Source of the DNA: an uncultured Alphaproteobacteria bacterium | GTDB lineage: Bacteria; Pseudomonadota; Alphaproteobacteria; HIMB59; GCA-002718135 | Length of the DNA: 64,000 bases | NCBI GenBank assembly: GCA_902570155.1 | Contig: CACFXU010000008.1 | Coordinates: forward strand, 1,088 to 65,087 | Direction of reading: 5' to 3' | In this document: one piece after another, positions 11,314 through 20,687 of the stretch | Position numbering within the stretch: the stretch's first letter is position 1 | Layout: every line of letters starts with the position of its first letter | Position numbers and translations under genes: made by a program | The notes under the pieces: model-generated | The model's input: only the letters and a program-made list of their open reading frames with translations | What the model was told of the DNA's origin: nothing | Databases searched by the model: none

Positions 11314-13091
11314 TTATCTAAATGGAAAGTAGAAGATAATTGATTTAGTAATACCTCGCCTAACTGATCGACATCCATTATTGTTACAGCCTTACTATAG
11401 TATCTTGAAACATCATGCCCAATTCCGATAGCGATTAATTCAATTTCATCTTTTTTTTCAATTTCACCAATTATATCTCTTAAATTTTTTTCTAAATAAT
11501 TACCTGGATTTACAGAAAGTGTTGAGTCATCAACTGGAGCACCATCACTTATAACAATAAGAATTTTTCTTTTTTCCTTTCGAAAAGATAATCTATTATA
11601 AGCCCATGATAAAGCTTCTCCATCAACATTTTCCTTCAAAATTCCCTCTTTTAATAATAAGCCCAAATTTTTCTTTGATCTCCTCCATGGTGAGTCTGCA
11701 GATTTGTAGATAATATGTCTTAGATCATTTAACCTGCCCGGATTAGAAGGTTTTCCATTTTTAATCCATTTTTCTCTAGAGTTACCCCCCTTCCAAGCTT
11801 TTGTTGTAAACCCTAATATTTCAGATTTAATTAAGCATCTTTCCAATGTTTTTGCTAAAATATCTGAACAAAGGGCTGCAACTGTAATTGGTCTGCCTCT
11901 CATTGAACCAGAATTATCAATTAGAAGACTCACAATAGTATCTTTAAATTCAACTTCTTTTTCTATTTTGTAGCTTAATTTATTATTTGGATTAGCAATA
12001 ATTTTAGCTAATCTTGATGTATCAAGAAAACCCTCTTCCATATTAAAATCCCAATGACGATTTTGCTGAGCTAAAAGTTTTCTTTGCAGTCTATTAGCAA
12101 TTTTAACAATTAATGGTTGAAAAGAAAATACTTGCTGATCAAGATTTCTTCTAAGTTTCTCTAATTCTTTGATATCACAAAGTTCTTCAGCATTAATAAT
12201 TTCATCAAAATTATAATCATAAACTTTATAATTCTCTAAATTCTCTAAAATTTTTCTATCTGGTAAATAATCTAGTTCAGTATCCCCGTTTTCTTCTCCC
12301 ATTTCATCATTTTCTTCTAATGAAACTGACTGCTCAACGGCTGTTTCACTTGTTTGCATTTCAATATTTGACTCAGTTTGTTCATCATTTTTTTGTTCAT
12401 CATTATTTTCATTTTCATTATCTTGATCTTCATCGTTTTGATTAAAATCTTCGTTTTGAGTATTGTTTACGCTGTTATTAAGTAATCCAAGTTCATCTAG
12501 TTTTTCAACTATTGTAGATGTATATTTTTTCTGATCATGTAAACATTTCTTTAAATCTATAAAAAAGTTTGAATAATCTTTTTTTAATTTTTCTTTTACA
12601 ATATTTTTAAAACTACCATTAATTGCACCTAAATCAACGCCAACAATTTCTTCAAATGCTACGTTTTTAAATGCTTTAATTAATAAGTTTTGATCTTTTT
12701 TAGTATTTCCAATTTTAAGATCTCTAATATACTTATTCTTTAGATTTTTTTGTATTCCCTTGAATTCACTACTACCTATAGCTTCTACTCGTGCTTGTTC
12801 CAAAACATTAATTATTTCGTTTGATAACTCATCTTGATTTAAAAAGTTTTGATGAATGTCTTTTGAATGTAATCTGAACTCTAATGCAAAAGAGTCCGCT
12901 TCAGCTCTTAAATATTCTAGATTATTTTTGAAATTTTCAATTTTTGGTTCAGTTAGATTTATAGTGTTACCAATAATTGAAGGATTTTCTTTAACAAAAT
13001 TAATCTCTATATCTTCATTTTTACCTATAGATTTTATTGTAGCACCTAATGACTTTTTAAAATCTTCAATAATTTCACTATTCTTTGACAT
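11310..13091 (-). CDS. cobT: CobT-like protein (vWA domain, partner of the CobS-like AAA+ ATPase)
   Basis: 593 aa with a CobT-type N-domain and an acidic low-complexity linker at about aa 205-275 (nt 12267-12479). The C-terminal vWA domain has a MIDAS DxSxS motif ([11 protein letters not shown]). Confidence 0.8.
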   Translation of the reverse strand: MSKNSEIIEDFKKSLGATIKSIGKNEDIEINFVKENPSIIGNTINLTEPKIENFKNNLEYLRAEADSFALEFRLHSKDIHQNFLNQDELSNEIINVLEQARVEAIGSSEFKGIQKNLKNKYIRDLKIGNTKKDQNLLIKAFKNVAFEEIVGVDLGAINGSFKNIVKEKLKKDYSNFFIDLKKCLHDQKKYTSTIVEKLDELGLLNNSVNNTQNEDFNQNDEDQDNENENNDEQKNDEQTESNIEMQTSETAVEQSVSLEENDEMGEENGDTELDYLPDRKILENLENYKVYDYNFDEIINAEELCDIKELEKLRRNLDQQVFSFQPLIVKIANRLQRKLLAQQNRHWDFNMEEGFLDTSRLAKIIANPNNKLSYKIEKEVEFKDTIVSLLIDNSGSMRGRPITVAALCSDILAKTLERCLIKSEILGFTTKAWKGGNSREKWIKNGKPSNPGRLNDLRHIIYKSADSPWRRSKKNLGLLLKEGILKENVDGEALSWAYNRLSFRKEKRKILIVISDGAPVDDSTLSVNPGNYLEKNLRDIIGEIEKKDEIELIAIGIGHDVSRYYSKAVTIMDVDQLGEVLLNQLSSTFHLDN

Positions 13092-14061
13092 TAGCTACCT
13101 TAGCATCAGTAATATCAATTCCAAATGACCTTTGAAAATATTCCTGTAAGATAGACCTCTCCATTTCATCGCATCTATTTAAAAAAGATAGTTTAAAAGA
13201 ATATTCTATATCATTGAATAGAAGGTAGTTTTCTGCCCAAGTTAATACAGTTCTTGGGCTCATAACAGTTGAAATATCACCGTTAATAAATCCTGATCTC
13301 GAAAGATCTGCAGTAGCTACCATACATTTAACAATGTCTTTGCCATCCTTATTATTAAGTTTATTTATTTTATTTAAAATAATTTTTATCTCTTGATCAT
13401 TACTTAGATAATTCAATGTTGATACTATGTTCCACCTATCCATTTGACCTTGATTTATTTGTTGAGTTCCATGATACAAACCAGATGTATCACCAAGACC
13501 AACGGTGTTTGCTGTAGCAAACAATCTAAAAAATTTGTGGGGTTTAATTACTCTTGATTGATCAAGTAAAGTTAATTTACCTTCTGACTCTAGAATACGC
13601 TGAATAACAAACATTACATCTGGTCTGCCTGCATCATACTCATCAAAGACTAAAGCTACTGGATTTTTGTAAGACCAAGGCAGTATACCATCTTGAAACT
13701 CTGTTACTTGTTTATCATCTTTAAGAATAATAGCATCTTTACCGATTAAATCTATTCTGCTGATATGACTATCTAGATTAATTCTTATGCATGGCCAGTT
13801 AAGTCTGGCAGCTACTTGTTCAATATGAGTAGATTTACCTGTACCATGATATCCTTGTATCAGTACTCTTCTATTAGAAGAAAAACCAGCAAGTATGGAG
13901 ATGGTTGTAGCTGGATCAAAAATATATGTTTGATCTATTTCTGGAACATGTTCAGTTTTTTCTTTAAACTTATAAACCTCAAACTCACAGGAAACCCCAA
14001 ATAATTCTTTAGGATCGATTTTGATACTAGGAGATATTTCTATATTGTTTTTATTAGTCAT
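13078..14061 (-). CDS. cobS: CobS-like MoxR-type AAA+ ATPase
   Basis: 327 aa with Walker [10 protein letters not shown] and Walker B ALVFDEYD. 14-nt overlap with the cobT-like gene. Confidence 0.85.
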   Translation of the reverse strand: MTNKNNIEISPSIKIDPKELFGVSCEFEVYKFKEKTEHVPEIDQTYIFDPATTISILAGFSSNRRVLIQGYHGTGKSTHIEQVAARLNWPCIRINLDSHISRIDLIGKDAIILKDDKQVTEFQDGILPWSYKNPVALVFDEYDAGRPDVMFVIQRILESEGKLTLLDQSRVIKPHKFFRLFATANTVGLGDTSGLYHGTQQINQGQMDRWNIVSTLNYLSNDQEIKIILNKINKLNNKDGKDIVKCMVATADLSRSGFINGDISTVMSPRTVLTWAENYLLFNDIEYSFKLSFLNRCDEMERSILQEYFQRSFGIDITDAKVANVKE

Positions 14062-14701
14062 TTTTAAATTTTTTTAAAAGTATTTTATATGAGTTATTTA
14101 TTTCCTTAAACTTTTCTTCTGCTTTTTTATCGTTACCATTTACATCAGGGTGAAATATTTTCACTAGTTTTTTATAAGTTTTTTTAATTTTATCTAGCGT
14201 TAATGGTAAATCTAGATTAAAACTTGATAAAGCTTTATTTTCATCTTTTGTAAGATTTTCATCAACCAGCTTATTTTTGAAGTAATTATTTTTTTGTTCA
14301 TTTGGATTTAAATCGTTCATTTCTTCGTTAAAAAAATTGTTAATCTGGTCCATAACCTTGTGATAATTCCCTTTCAATGGCCAAGATGGTCTGTTCCAAA
14401 TAATATCTTCTCGCATTGAATTTTCTATTTGATTTACTGACAATCCTTTATAAAAGTCCCATGATTTATTGTATTCTTTTACATGATCTAAACAGAAAAA
14501 ATAATACTGATTTAATAATGTTCGAGATTTTGGAGCTTTAAACTTTCCTTCATTATTACAGTCGTTCTTGTCACATTTCCTAAAATAGGTTTTTTCCCAA
14601 GAAAGACTGTTTTTATTAATATCTATTTTATGCTTACCCACATTTATTATATAGTTTAAAAATAATGAATCGTAAGCAAAGAATTGATAAAATATTATCA
14701 A
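14054..14701 (-). CDS. J-domain protein with N-terminal Cys/His-rich segment
   Basis: C-terminal J domain with HPD (KKTYKKLVKIFHPDVNGND) and an N-terminal CDKNDC...FFCLDH segment. The start is uncertain: the ATG at 14701 overlaps bolA, while an in-frame GTG at 14641 would leave a 23-nt spacer. Confidence 0.72.
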   Translation of the reverse strand: MIIFYQFFAYDSLFLNYIINVGKHKIDINKNSLSWEKTYFRKCDKNDCNNEGKFKAPKSRTLLNQYYFFCLDHVKEYNKSWDFYKGLSVNQIENSMREDIIWNRPSWPLKGNYHKVMDQINNFFNEEMNDLNPNEQKNNYFKNKLVDENLTKDENKALSSFNLDLPLTLDKIKKTYKKLVKIFHPDVNGNDKKAEEKFKEINNSYKILLKKFKND

Positions 14702-14919
14702 AAAAATTTGATAATTTTTTATTAGAAATTATAGATAATTCAAATTTACATAAGGGACATAATTCTTTTACGGGTAATGACGAAACACATATTAAAATTA
14801 TTTTAACAAAAAAAATTAACATACCTTTAGATAGATTAGGCATTCATAGACTTATAAATAATTTGCTTAAAGAGGAATTTAGAACAGGATTACACTCTTT
14901 AGAAATAAAAATTAATTAA
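14665..14919 (+). CDS. bolA: BolA-family protein
   Basis: 84 aa with a BolA-like pattern (NSNLHKGHNSF...THIKIIL...RLGIHRLI...HSLEI). Confidence 0.85.
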   Translation: MNRKQRIDKILSKKFDNFLLEIIDNSNLHKGHNSFTGNDETHIKIILTKKINIPLDRLGIHRLINNLLKEEFRTGLHSLEIKIN

Positions 14920-16159
14920 TTTTTAATATCTCAACTTTTGATATTTGTTTTTTTGAATGAGATAAGATTTTGTATTTAAAAAAATTATCCTGAAAAGACT
15001 CACCATACGAAGGTATTTTTTTTGATATCTCCAAAATGTATCCCGCTATAGTTGATGACTCTACCTCTGGTGGATCTAGATCAAAACTTTTGTATAGATC
15101 TCTAATATTTTTTTCTCCATTAATTATAATTTTTCCATAATTATTTTCTTTAAAATCATTTTCTGGAATGTCAATTTCATCAACAATTTCACCAACTATT
15201 TCTTCAATAATATCTTCTAAGGTTATCAATCCAAGTAATTCTCCATATTCATCAACAACAAATGCCAAGTGCTCTTTTCTTTTTTTAAATTCAACTAATT
15301 GTTCTAACAGGTTTGTAGTTTCAGGAATAAACCATGGATTTGAAATTTTATCAAAAATAATTTCCTTAGATTCATTATGATTTTTTAAATCAATATTTAA
15401 AGTTCTAACATTTAATAAACCAATTATATTTTCAGGATTATCTTTCCAAAATGGAATACGTGTATACCTAGAACTGTTAATTTTATTAATAATCTCATTT
15501 GTATTTAAAGATGAATCAATTGAGTAAATATTTTTTCTATGAGTAAATATTTCTTCAACTGTTATATCATTTAGTTGAAGTATGCTTTGCAACATATCCT
15601 TTTCTTGCTCATAATCTGGATTTGAAGTTTTATAAAGATCAATAACACCTTTCAATTCTTCTTCTGACTGAAGATCTTTATTTACTGCATCATTATCATT
15701 TTTTCTAAAAATTAATCTAACAATTAAATTAATTACAAATACAAAAATAAATAAAATTTTGTTTAAATAATAAATAATAGGAGAAATTAATAATGCAGTT
15801 CTATTTGGTCTATTGATAGCATAAGTTTTAGGCAGAACTTCAGCAAATATTACAATTACAACGGTCATTATTAGAGTTGCATAAAAAATACCTTCTACTC
15901 CAAAAAGATCATAAAAAAATGCTGTAGCTAATGACGATGCAAGTATATTAACTAAATTGTTTGATAGTAGTAATGTAGATATTACATTGTCCTTTTTATC
16001 TAGTAGCTCAAGCACATATCCAGCTCTTTTACTTCCTTTTTTTTTCTTATAAAGAATTCTTGCTTTGGAAGTTGCTGTTATTGCTGTTTCAGATCCTGAT
16101 AAAAACCCTGAAAGGATTACTAGGATTATTAGCAATGTAAGTAGGAATATACTTGTCAT
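14912..16159 (-). CDS. CNNM/TlyC-family transporter-associated protein (DUF21 + CBS pair + CorC_HlyC)
   Basis: 415 aa with an N-terminal 4-TM DUF21 segment (GSETAITA), a central CBS pair, and a C-terminal CorC/HlyC-like domain. Confidence 0.85.
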   Translation of the reverse strand: MTSIFLLTLLIILVILSGFLSGSETAITATSKARILYKKKKGSKRAGYVLELLDKKDNVISTLLLSNNLVNILASSLATAFFYDLFGVEGIFYATLIMTVVIVIFAEVLPKTYAINRPNRTALLISPIIYYLNKILFIFVFVINLIVRLIFRKNDNDAVNKDLQSEEELKGVIDLYKTSNPDYEQEKDMLQSILQLNDITVEEIFTHRKNIYSIDSSLNTNEIINKINSSRYTRIPFWKDNPENIIGLLNVRTLNIDLKNHNESKEIIFDKISNPWFIPETTNLLEQLVEFKKRKEHLAFVVDEYGELLGLITLEDIIEEIVGEIVDEIDIPENDFKENNYGKIIINGEKNIRDLYKSFDLDPPEVESSTIAGYILEISKKIPSYGESFQDNFFKYKILSHSKKQISKVEILKIN

Positions 16160-17227
16160 CTATATGTTTTTTAATATTTTATAAATCTGTTCCTTATCTA
16201 ATTTTTTGTAAAAAATAGAACTACCTATTTTATCAATAAGTGAAAAATTAATATTGTCTTGAAAATTTTTTTTATCTTTAGTTAGTATTTTTATTAATTT
16301 TCTATCCTTTAATATCTTGTCATAAATTTTTAGTTTATATTTTTTAAAATGAATTATTATCTTTTGTAGTTCTTTAAATGATAATAAACCAAGATGATTA
16401 GATATCTTTGCTTCAGTTATCATCCCTATAGAAATTGCTTCTCCATGATTAAATTTTTGATAATCATAGTACTTTTCTAATGCATGTCCAATAGTGTGTC
16501 CAAAATTTAACATTGCTCTAGAATTATTATTTGATAAAAATTCTCTTTCATCTTTTATTACATAAAATAGTTTTATCATTATCGATTTATAAATTGCTTG
16601 TTCTAGAATAGATTTATTTAAATTTAATAATTTATTTGCATTCTCTTCTAACCAGCAAAAGAATTTATAATCTTTTATTAAAGCGTGCTTTAATATTTCT
16701 GCATATCCAGATCTAATTTCTTTTTTTGGTAAACTATTTAAAATAGAAATATCAATTAAAACCTCTTTTGGTTGATAGAAGGTTCCTAGTAAATTTTTTC
16801 CAAATATCAAATTAATTCCATTCTTTCCTCCGATTGAGCTATCTACTTGAGATAAAAGAGTTGTAGGTATAAGGAAAAAATCTAAACCTCTTAATAGAGT
16901 ACTAGCAACAAACCCTGTTAAATCTCCTAATGTACCTCCTCCTATTGCAATAATTGCAGATTTTCTATTAATATCTTTTAAAATAAGTTTTTCAGCTAAA
17001 CTTTTATATCCATCAAGACTTTTTACCTTTTCTCCACACTTCAAAGAAATAATTATTATATTTTTTTGTTTAGTAAGATTTAAATTAATCCTAATTTTTG
17101 AATCAATAATACAAAACACCTTTTCATTTTTTTTTGCAATATTTTTAACAAAATTTGAAATAAAATTTTTTTTTATTAAAATTGAGGTTTTTAATTTTTT
17201 ATTTTTTATGTATATTTTCTTTTGCAT
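16160..17227 (-). CDS. aroB: 3-dehydroquinate synthase
   Basis: 355 aa with GGGTLGDLTGFVAS, SSIGGKNGIN and NFGHTIGHALE. Overlaps aroK by 29 nt. Confidence 0.9.
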   Translation of the reverse strand: MQKKIYIKNKKLKTSILIKKNFISNFVKNIAKKNEKVFCIIDSKIRINLNLTKQKNIIIISLKCGEKVKSLDGYKSLAEKLILKDINRKSAIIAIGGGTLGDLTGFVASTLLRGLDFFLIPTTLLSQVDSSIGGKNGINLIFGKNLLGTFYQPKEVLIDISILNSLPKKEIRSGYAEILKHALIKDYKFFCWLEENANKLLNLNKSILEQAIYKSIMIKLFYVIKDEREFLSNNNSRAMLNFGHTIGHALEKYYDYQKFNHGEAISIGMITEAKISNHLGLLSFKELQKIIIHFKKYKLKIYDKILKDRKLIKILTKDKKNFQDNINFSLIDKIGSSIFYKKLDKEQIYKILKNI

Positions 17228-17753
17228 ACGAATTTAGTTTCAACATAATTTTTTCTAATACTTGGATTTTATCATTATCATTATTTACAATAAAATCAGC
17301 TTTTTCATAAAATTTTCGTCTCTGATTATAGAGATTTTCCAAAGTTTCTTTTTTGGCAAAATTTTTATTTAATAAAGGTCTTTTTTTTGATGATTTTAAT
17401 CTATTTTCTAAATTGTTTAATTTAACTTGTAAATAAATAGAATAGGAATTTATATTTATTGCCTTTCTAATTTTTTTATTAACTATACTACCTCCTCCTA
17501 GAGATATTATGCAATTATTTTTTGTTAATAATTCAAGACAGATCTTTTCTTCAATTTTTCTAAAATATGCTTCTCCATATTCTTCGAAAATTTCATTTAT
17601 ACTTTTTTTAGTTTTTAATTCAATTTCCTTATCAGTATCATAAAATTTTAAATTACTATATTTGCTCAAATCTTTTCCAATTATAGATTTTCCTGATCCC
17701 ATTAGGCCCATAATACAAACATTTTTCTTTTTAATTTCAATTAGATTAAACAT
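17199..17753 (-). CDS. aroK: Shikimate kinase
   Basis: 184 aa with Walker A GLMGSGKS, DTD, and LGGGSI. Confidence 0.9.
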   Translation of the reverse strand: MFNLIEIKKKNVCIMGLMGSGKSIIGKDLSKYSNLKFYDTDKEIELKTKKSINEIFEEYGEAYFRKIEEKICLELLTKNNCIISLGGGSIVNKKIRKAININSYSIYLQVKLNNLENRLKSSKKRPLLNKNFAKKETLENLYNQRRKFYEKADFIVNNDNDKIQVLEKIMLKLNSYAKENIHKK

Positions 17754-17813
17754 ATTTTAATTATTTCTTATTATTGACAAATTTTTATTGAAATTAAAAA
17801 AAACTTAAAAAAA

Positions 17814-17822
17814 TGGTAAAAT
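17814..17822 (+). promoter_or_regulatory. Candidate extended -10 promoter element (TGGTAAAAT)
   Basis: TGn-TAAAAT lies 31 nt upstream of the small-ORF ATG at 17853, in the only non-coding gap (17754-17852) preceding the 17853-20687 plus-strand gene string. Confidence 0.3.
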
Positions 17823-17852
17823 CCTATATTAGTCATTTTTTTAATATTATAT

Positions 17853-17981
17853 ATGAAAAAGAGATACATTATATATTTTTTTGCAGTACTAACAATAATC
17901 GTGTTTACGGTACTTTATGTTATTGAAATTCCTTCTCCATCTGTATTTATTAAAGAAAAATACACTCTAAATCTCAAATGA
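17853..17981 (+). CDS. Small (42 aa) single-pass membrane protein, hypothetical; not in the supplied ORF track
   Basis: Hand translation gives MKKRYIIYFFAVLTIIVFTVLYVIEIPSPSVFIKEKYTLNLK*. It has a basic N-terminus followed by an approximately 20-residue hydrophobic helix. The TGA stop overlaps the ATG of the next gene (ATGA at 17978-17981). Confidence 0.45.
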   Translation: MKKRYIIYFFAVLTIIVFTVLYVIEIPSPSVFIKEKYTLNLK

Positions 17982-19747
17982 AACTTTTTTTTATTATTAT
18001 CTTTCTTTTTTTTTCTAATTTAATTTCCGCTAATGAGTCAGAAAATAGCGAAGTAGAGGTAATTAATTTACATGAAAGTAAGAGCTTAGATCAAATGGTT
18101 TTAGATAATTTAAACAATGAAAATAATATCGAAGAAATTGTTGAAAATCCAACTACAGATAAAGTAGATGAAGAAGTTATCACTAATGAAGTAGAAGTGG
18201 GACAAATTGAAATTATTAAAGATAATTTTATTTTTAAAAATCAAATAAAGGATTTAAACAATTATTTTGATAATCTTCAAAATATTAGCTCTAAAACTTT
18301 GCAAAAACAAATTATTGAAGTTTTAGAAAATCAACAATTAGATTTAGAAATTGAAAAAGATAGAGAAATACTCTTCTTAATAGTTAACTATTTTAAATCT
18401 ATTGGTCAAATTAATAAGTCCTTTGAATTAATTCAAAAATATGATTTGAGTAATGACAAGAATCTTAATTTTTATACTAATCTTAGATTTAATTATCTTT
18501 TGTCAACTTTTCAGCTTAACGAAGCATGTAGTTTTAGAGAAGAACTAAATTCAAATATTGTCTTAGACCACTTCTTTTTGGAAAAACTTGACATATTCTG
18601 TTTAATATTAAATGATAATAAATCTGAAGCTAGATTGTTAAACTCTATTTTAGTAGAATCTGAAAACAATTTAGACAATTATTACCAAAAGTTATTTTCA
18701 TTTATATCTAATTCAACAGATCAATTAATAGTTGATTATGAAATTCAAAATTCTGAGATCAATAAAGAATTGATTTTTTTATATAGTGCTATGACAAGGA
18801 TTGCTGAACTGCCATTTTCGCACGCATTTTATGAGCTCGATAAAAAAAATCTATCTATTCCAATAATATTAAATCAAGCTTCACCTATTGATTTAAGAAT
18901 TAAAGCAGCAAATGAAAGTTTTTTAGAAAATTTAATTACTGTAGATAGTTTAGCAGCGTTATATATGTCTGCTGATTTTAATTCTGATCAATTTAATAAT
19001 ACCGATAATACAATAGATTCTTTTTCAAATAATAAAGAGTTGAGCATGGCTTTTTTATTTCAATTAGTAAATATTCAAATTTTTCCAAATGATCGATTAA
19101 ACGCTTTAGTTCAATTTTGGGACTTTGCAAAACAAAACAATCTAGAAGAAATAGCTTATAAACTATCAAATAATATGCTGGGTTCTATTGAAGCTACTTC
19201 AGAAAATATAATTTTTGGTCCAAAAATAGCTTCTGCTTATATATTTAACAATAATTTTGAAAAAGCACTTAAGTGGATAGAATTATATGAAAATGCAAAT
19301 GAAGTAGATGCAAAAAGTATTTATACAAGAGTGTTATTAGATTTATATTCTACTAATAACTTAGACTCATTTATAAAATCTCTTAATCTAACTTTAGAAA
19401 ATTATATTGATGATAAAAATAATGAAAACGATGAACTATTTTTTGTTTTAAAAGATGTAATGAATTTAGATATAAAGGTTAATACTAATATTAATTTAGA
19501 TAAAATTTTTGATGAAAGATTAATGCCTTCAATATTGCTGTATAATGAAATTAAAAATAGTATTGTTAACAATAATGATGATCAATTCCTAATTTATTCA
19601 TTAATTTCTCTAAACAATAAAAATTGGAATGATATACATCCAGAACATCTTAAACTTATACTTAAGGGATACCTAATTTATAAAGACGGGATACTCTTTA
19701 GAAATTTAATATTAGAAATATTTAAAAATTATAAATTCATAATATAA
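17978..19747 (+). CDS. Hypothetical secreted protein (589 aa)
   Basis: Signal-peptide-like N-terminus MKLFFIIIFLFFSNLISANE followed by an acidic stretch. The remainder is Asn/Ile/Leu-rich and looks helical-repeat-like. No family recognised. Confidence 0.65.
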   Translation: MKLFFIIIFLFFSNLISANESENSEVEVINLHESKSLDQMVLDNLNNENNIEEIVENPTTDKVDEEVITNEVEVGQIEIIKDNFIFKNQIKDLNNYFDNLQNISSKTLQKQIIEVLENQQLDLEIEKDREILFLIVNYFKSIGQINKSFELIQKYDLSNDKNLNFYTNLRFNYLLSTFQLNEACSFREELNSNIVLDHFFLEKLDIFCLILNDNKSEARLLNSILVESENNLDNYYQKLFSFISNSTDQLIVDYEIQNSEINKELIFLYSAMTRIAELPFSHAFYELDKKNLSIPIILNQASPIDLRIKAANESFLENLITVDSLAALYMSADFNSDQFNNTDNTIDSFSNNKELSMAFLFQLVNIQIFPNDRLNALVQFWDFAKQNNLEEIAYKLSNNMLGSIEATSENIIFGPKIASAYIFNNNFEKALKWIELYENANEVDAKSIYTRVLLDLYSTNNLDSFIKSLNLTLENYIDDKNNENDELFFVLKDVMNLDIKVNTNINLDKIFDERLMPSILLYNEIKNSIVNNNDDQFLIYSLISLNNKNWNDIHPEHLKLILKGYLIYKDGILFRNLILEIFKNYKFII

Positions 19748-19748
19748 T

Positions 19749-20687
19749 ATGATTAAATATTTTGAATTTGAAACTGAGATAGAAAAAATTGAATCAATAT
19801 TAAATCAGTTACATAATAACAAAGAATTAAATGAAGATAGAATTAAAAAATTAGTTAAAGAAAAAGATGAGTTATATAAAAAAATTTATTCAAATTTAGA
19901 TCCTTGGCAAAAGGTTCAAATTTCTCGTCATGGAGAACGACCTCATACACTAGACTACACTAAGCAAATTTTTGATGATATGGTTCTTTTACATGGAGAT
20001 AAGAAATATGCTGACGATAATGCAATAGTTGGCGGATTAGCAAAAATCGATGGTAATTCAGTTTTTTTTGTAGGCACTGAAAAAGGGAATACAATGGAAA
20101 CAAGAATTAAACATAACTTTGGTATGGCAAAACCAGAAGGATATAGAAAAGTTCAGAGATTATTGAAATTAGCAGAAAAATTTAAATTACCATTAATATC
20201 ATTTGTAGATACAGCAGGTGCATTTCCAGGAAAGGATGCAGAGGAAAGAGGCCAATCAGAATCTATAGCTTCATCAATACTTAATTTTTTAAAAGTAAAA
20301 ATACCTACAATATCAGTAATAATTGGAGAAGGTGGGTCTGGTGGAGCAATAGGAATAGCAACCTCTGATAGGGTATTAATGCTTGAACATTCAATATATT
20401 CAGTTATTTCTCCTGAAGGCTGCGCTTCTATATTATGGCGAAATACTGAATTTTCTAAGGAAGCAGCAAAAACTCTGAAGCTAACATCTAATGATTGTAA
20501 AAATTTTAAAATTATTGATGATATTATCCCCGAACCGTATGGTGGCGCTCATAGACATCCTATAAAACAAGCTGAAATCTTAAAAGAAAAGATTAAATTT
20601 TTTATTAATGAATTGAAGCAAATCTCAATCGAAGATTTAGTTAAAATAAGAAAAGATAAATATCTAAATATTACCTCAGATATTTAA
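19749..20687 (+). CDS. accA: Acetyl-CoA carboxylase carboxyltransferase subunit alpha
   Basis: 312 aa with [17 protein letters not shown] and [12 protein letters not shown]. Confidence 0.95.
   Translation: MIKYFEFETEIEKIESILNQLHNNKELNEDRIKKLVKEKDELYKKIYSNLDPWQKVQISRHGERPHTLDYTKQIFDDMVLLHGDKKYADDNAIVGGLAKIDGNSVFFVGTEKGNTMETRIKHNFGMAKPEGYRKVQRLLKLAEKFKLPLISFVDTAGAFPGKDAEERGQSESIASSILNFLKVKIPTISVIIGEGGSGGAIGIATSDRVLMLEHSIYSVISPEGCASILWRNTEFSKEAAKTLKLTSNDCKNFKIIDDIIPEPYGGAHRHPIKQAEILKEKIKFFINELKQISIEDLVKIRKDKYLNITSDI

Noticed and set aside
11310-14061. cobS/cobT taken as evidence of cobalamin biosynthesis.
   Set aside because: No cobN or other cob/cbi genes lie nearby, and the neighbours are bolA and a J-protein. 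The pair is reported as a CobS/CobT-like AAA+/vWA module of unknown client.
17774-17779. TTGACA hexamer as the -35 of the promoter for the 17853 micro-ORF.
   Set aside because: Nothing resembling a -10 lies 16-18 nt downstream (the sequence there is A-run). The extended -10 at 17814-17822 is 34 nt away, so the two cannot belong to one promoter. The hexamer may be chance, or it may be a -35 for a promoter I cannot define.
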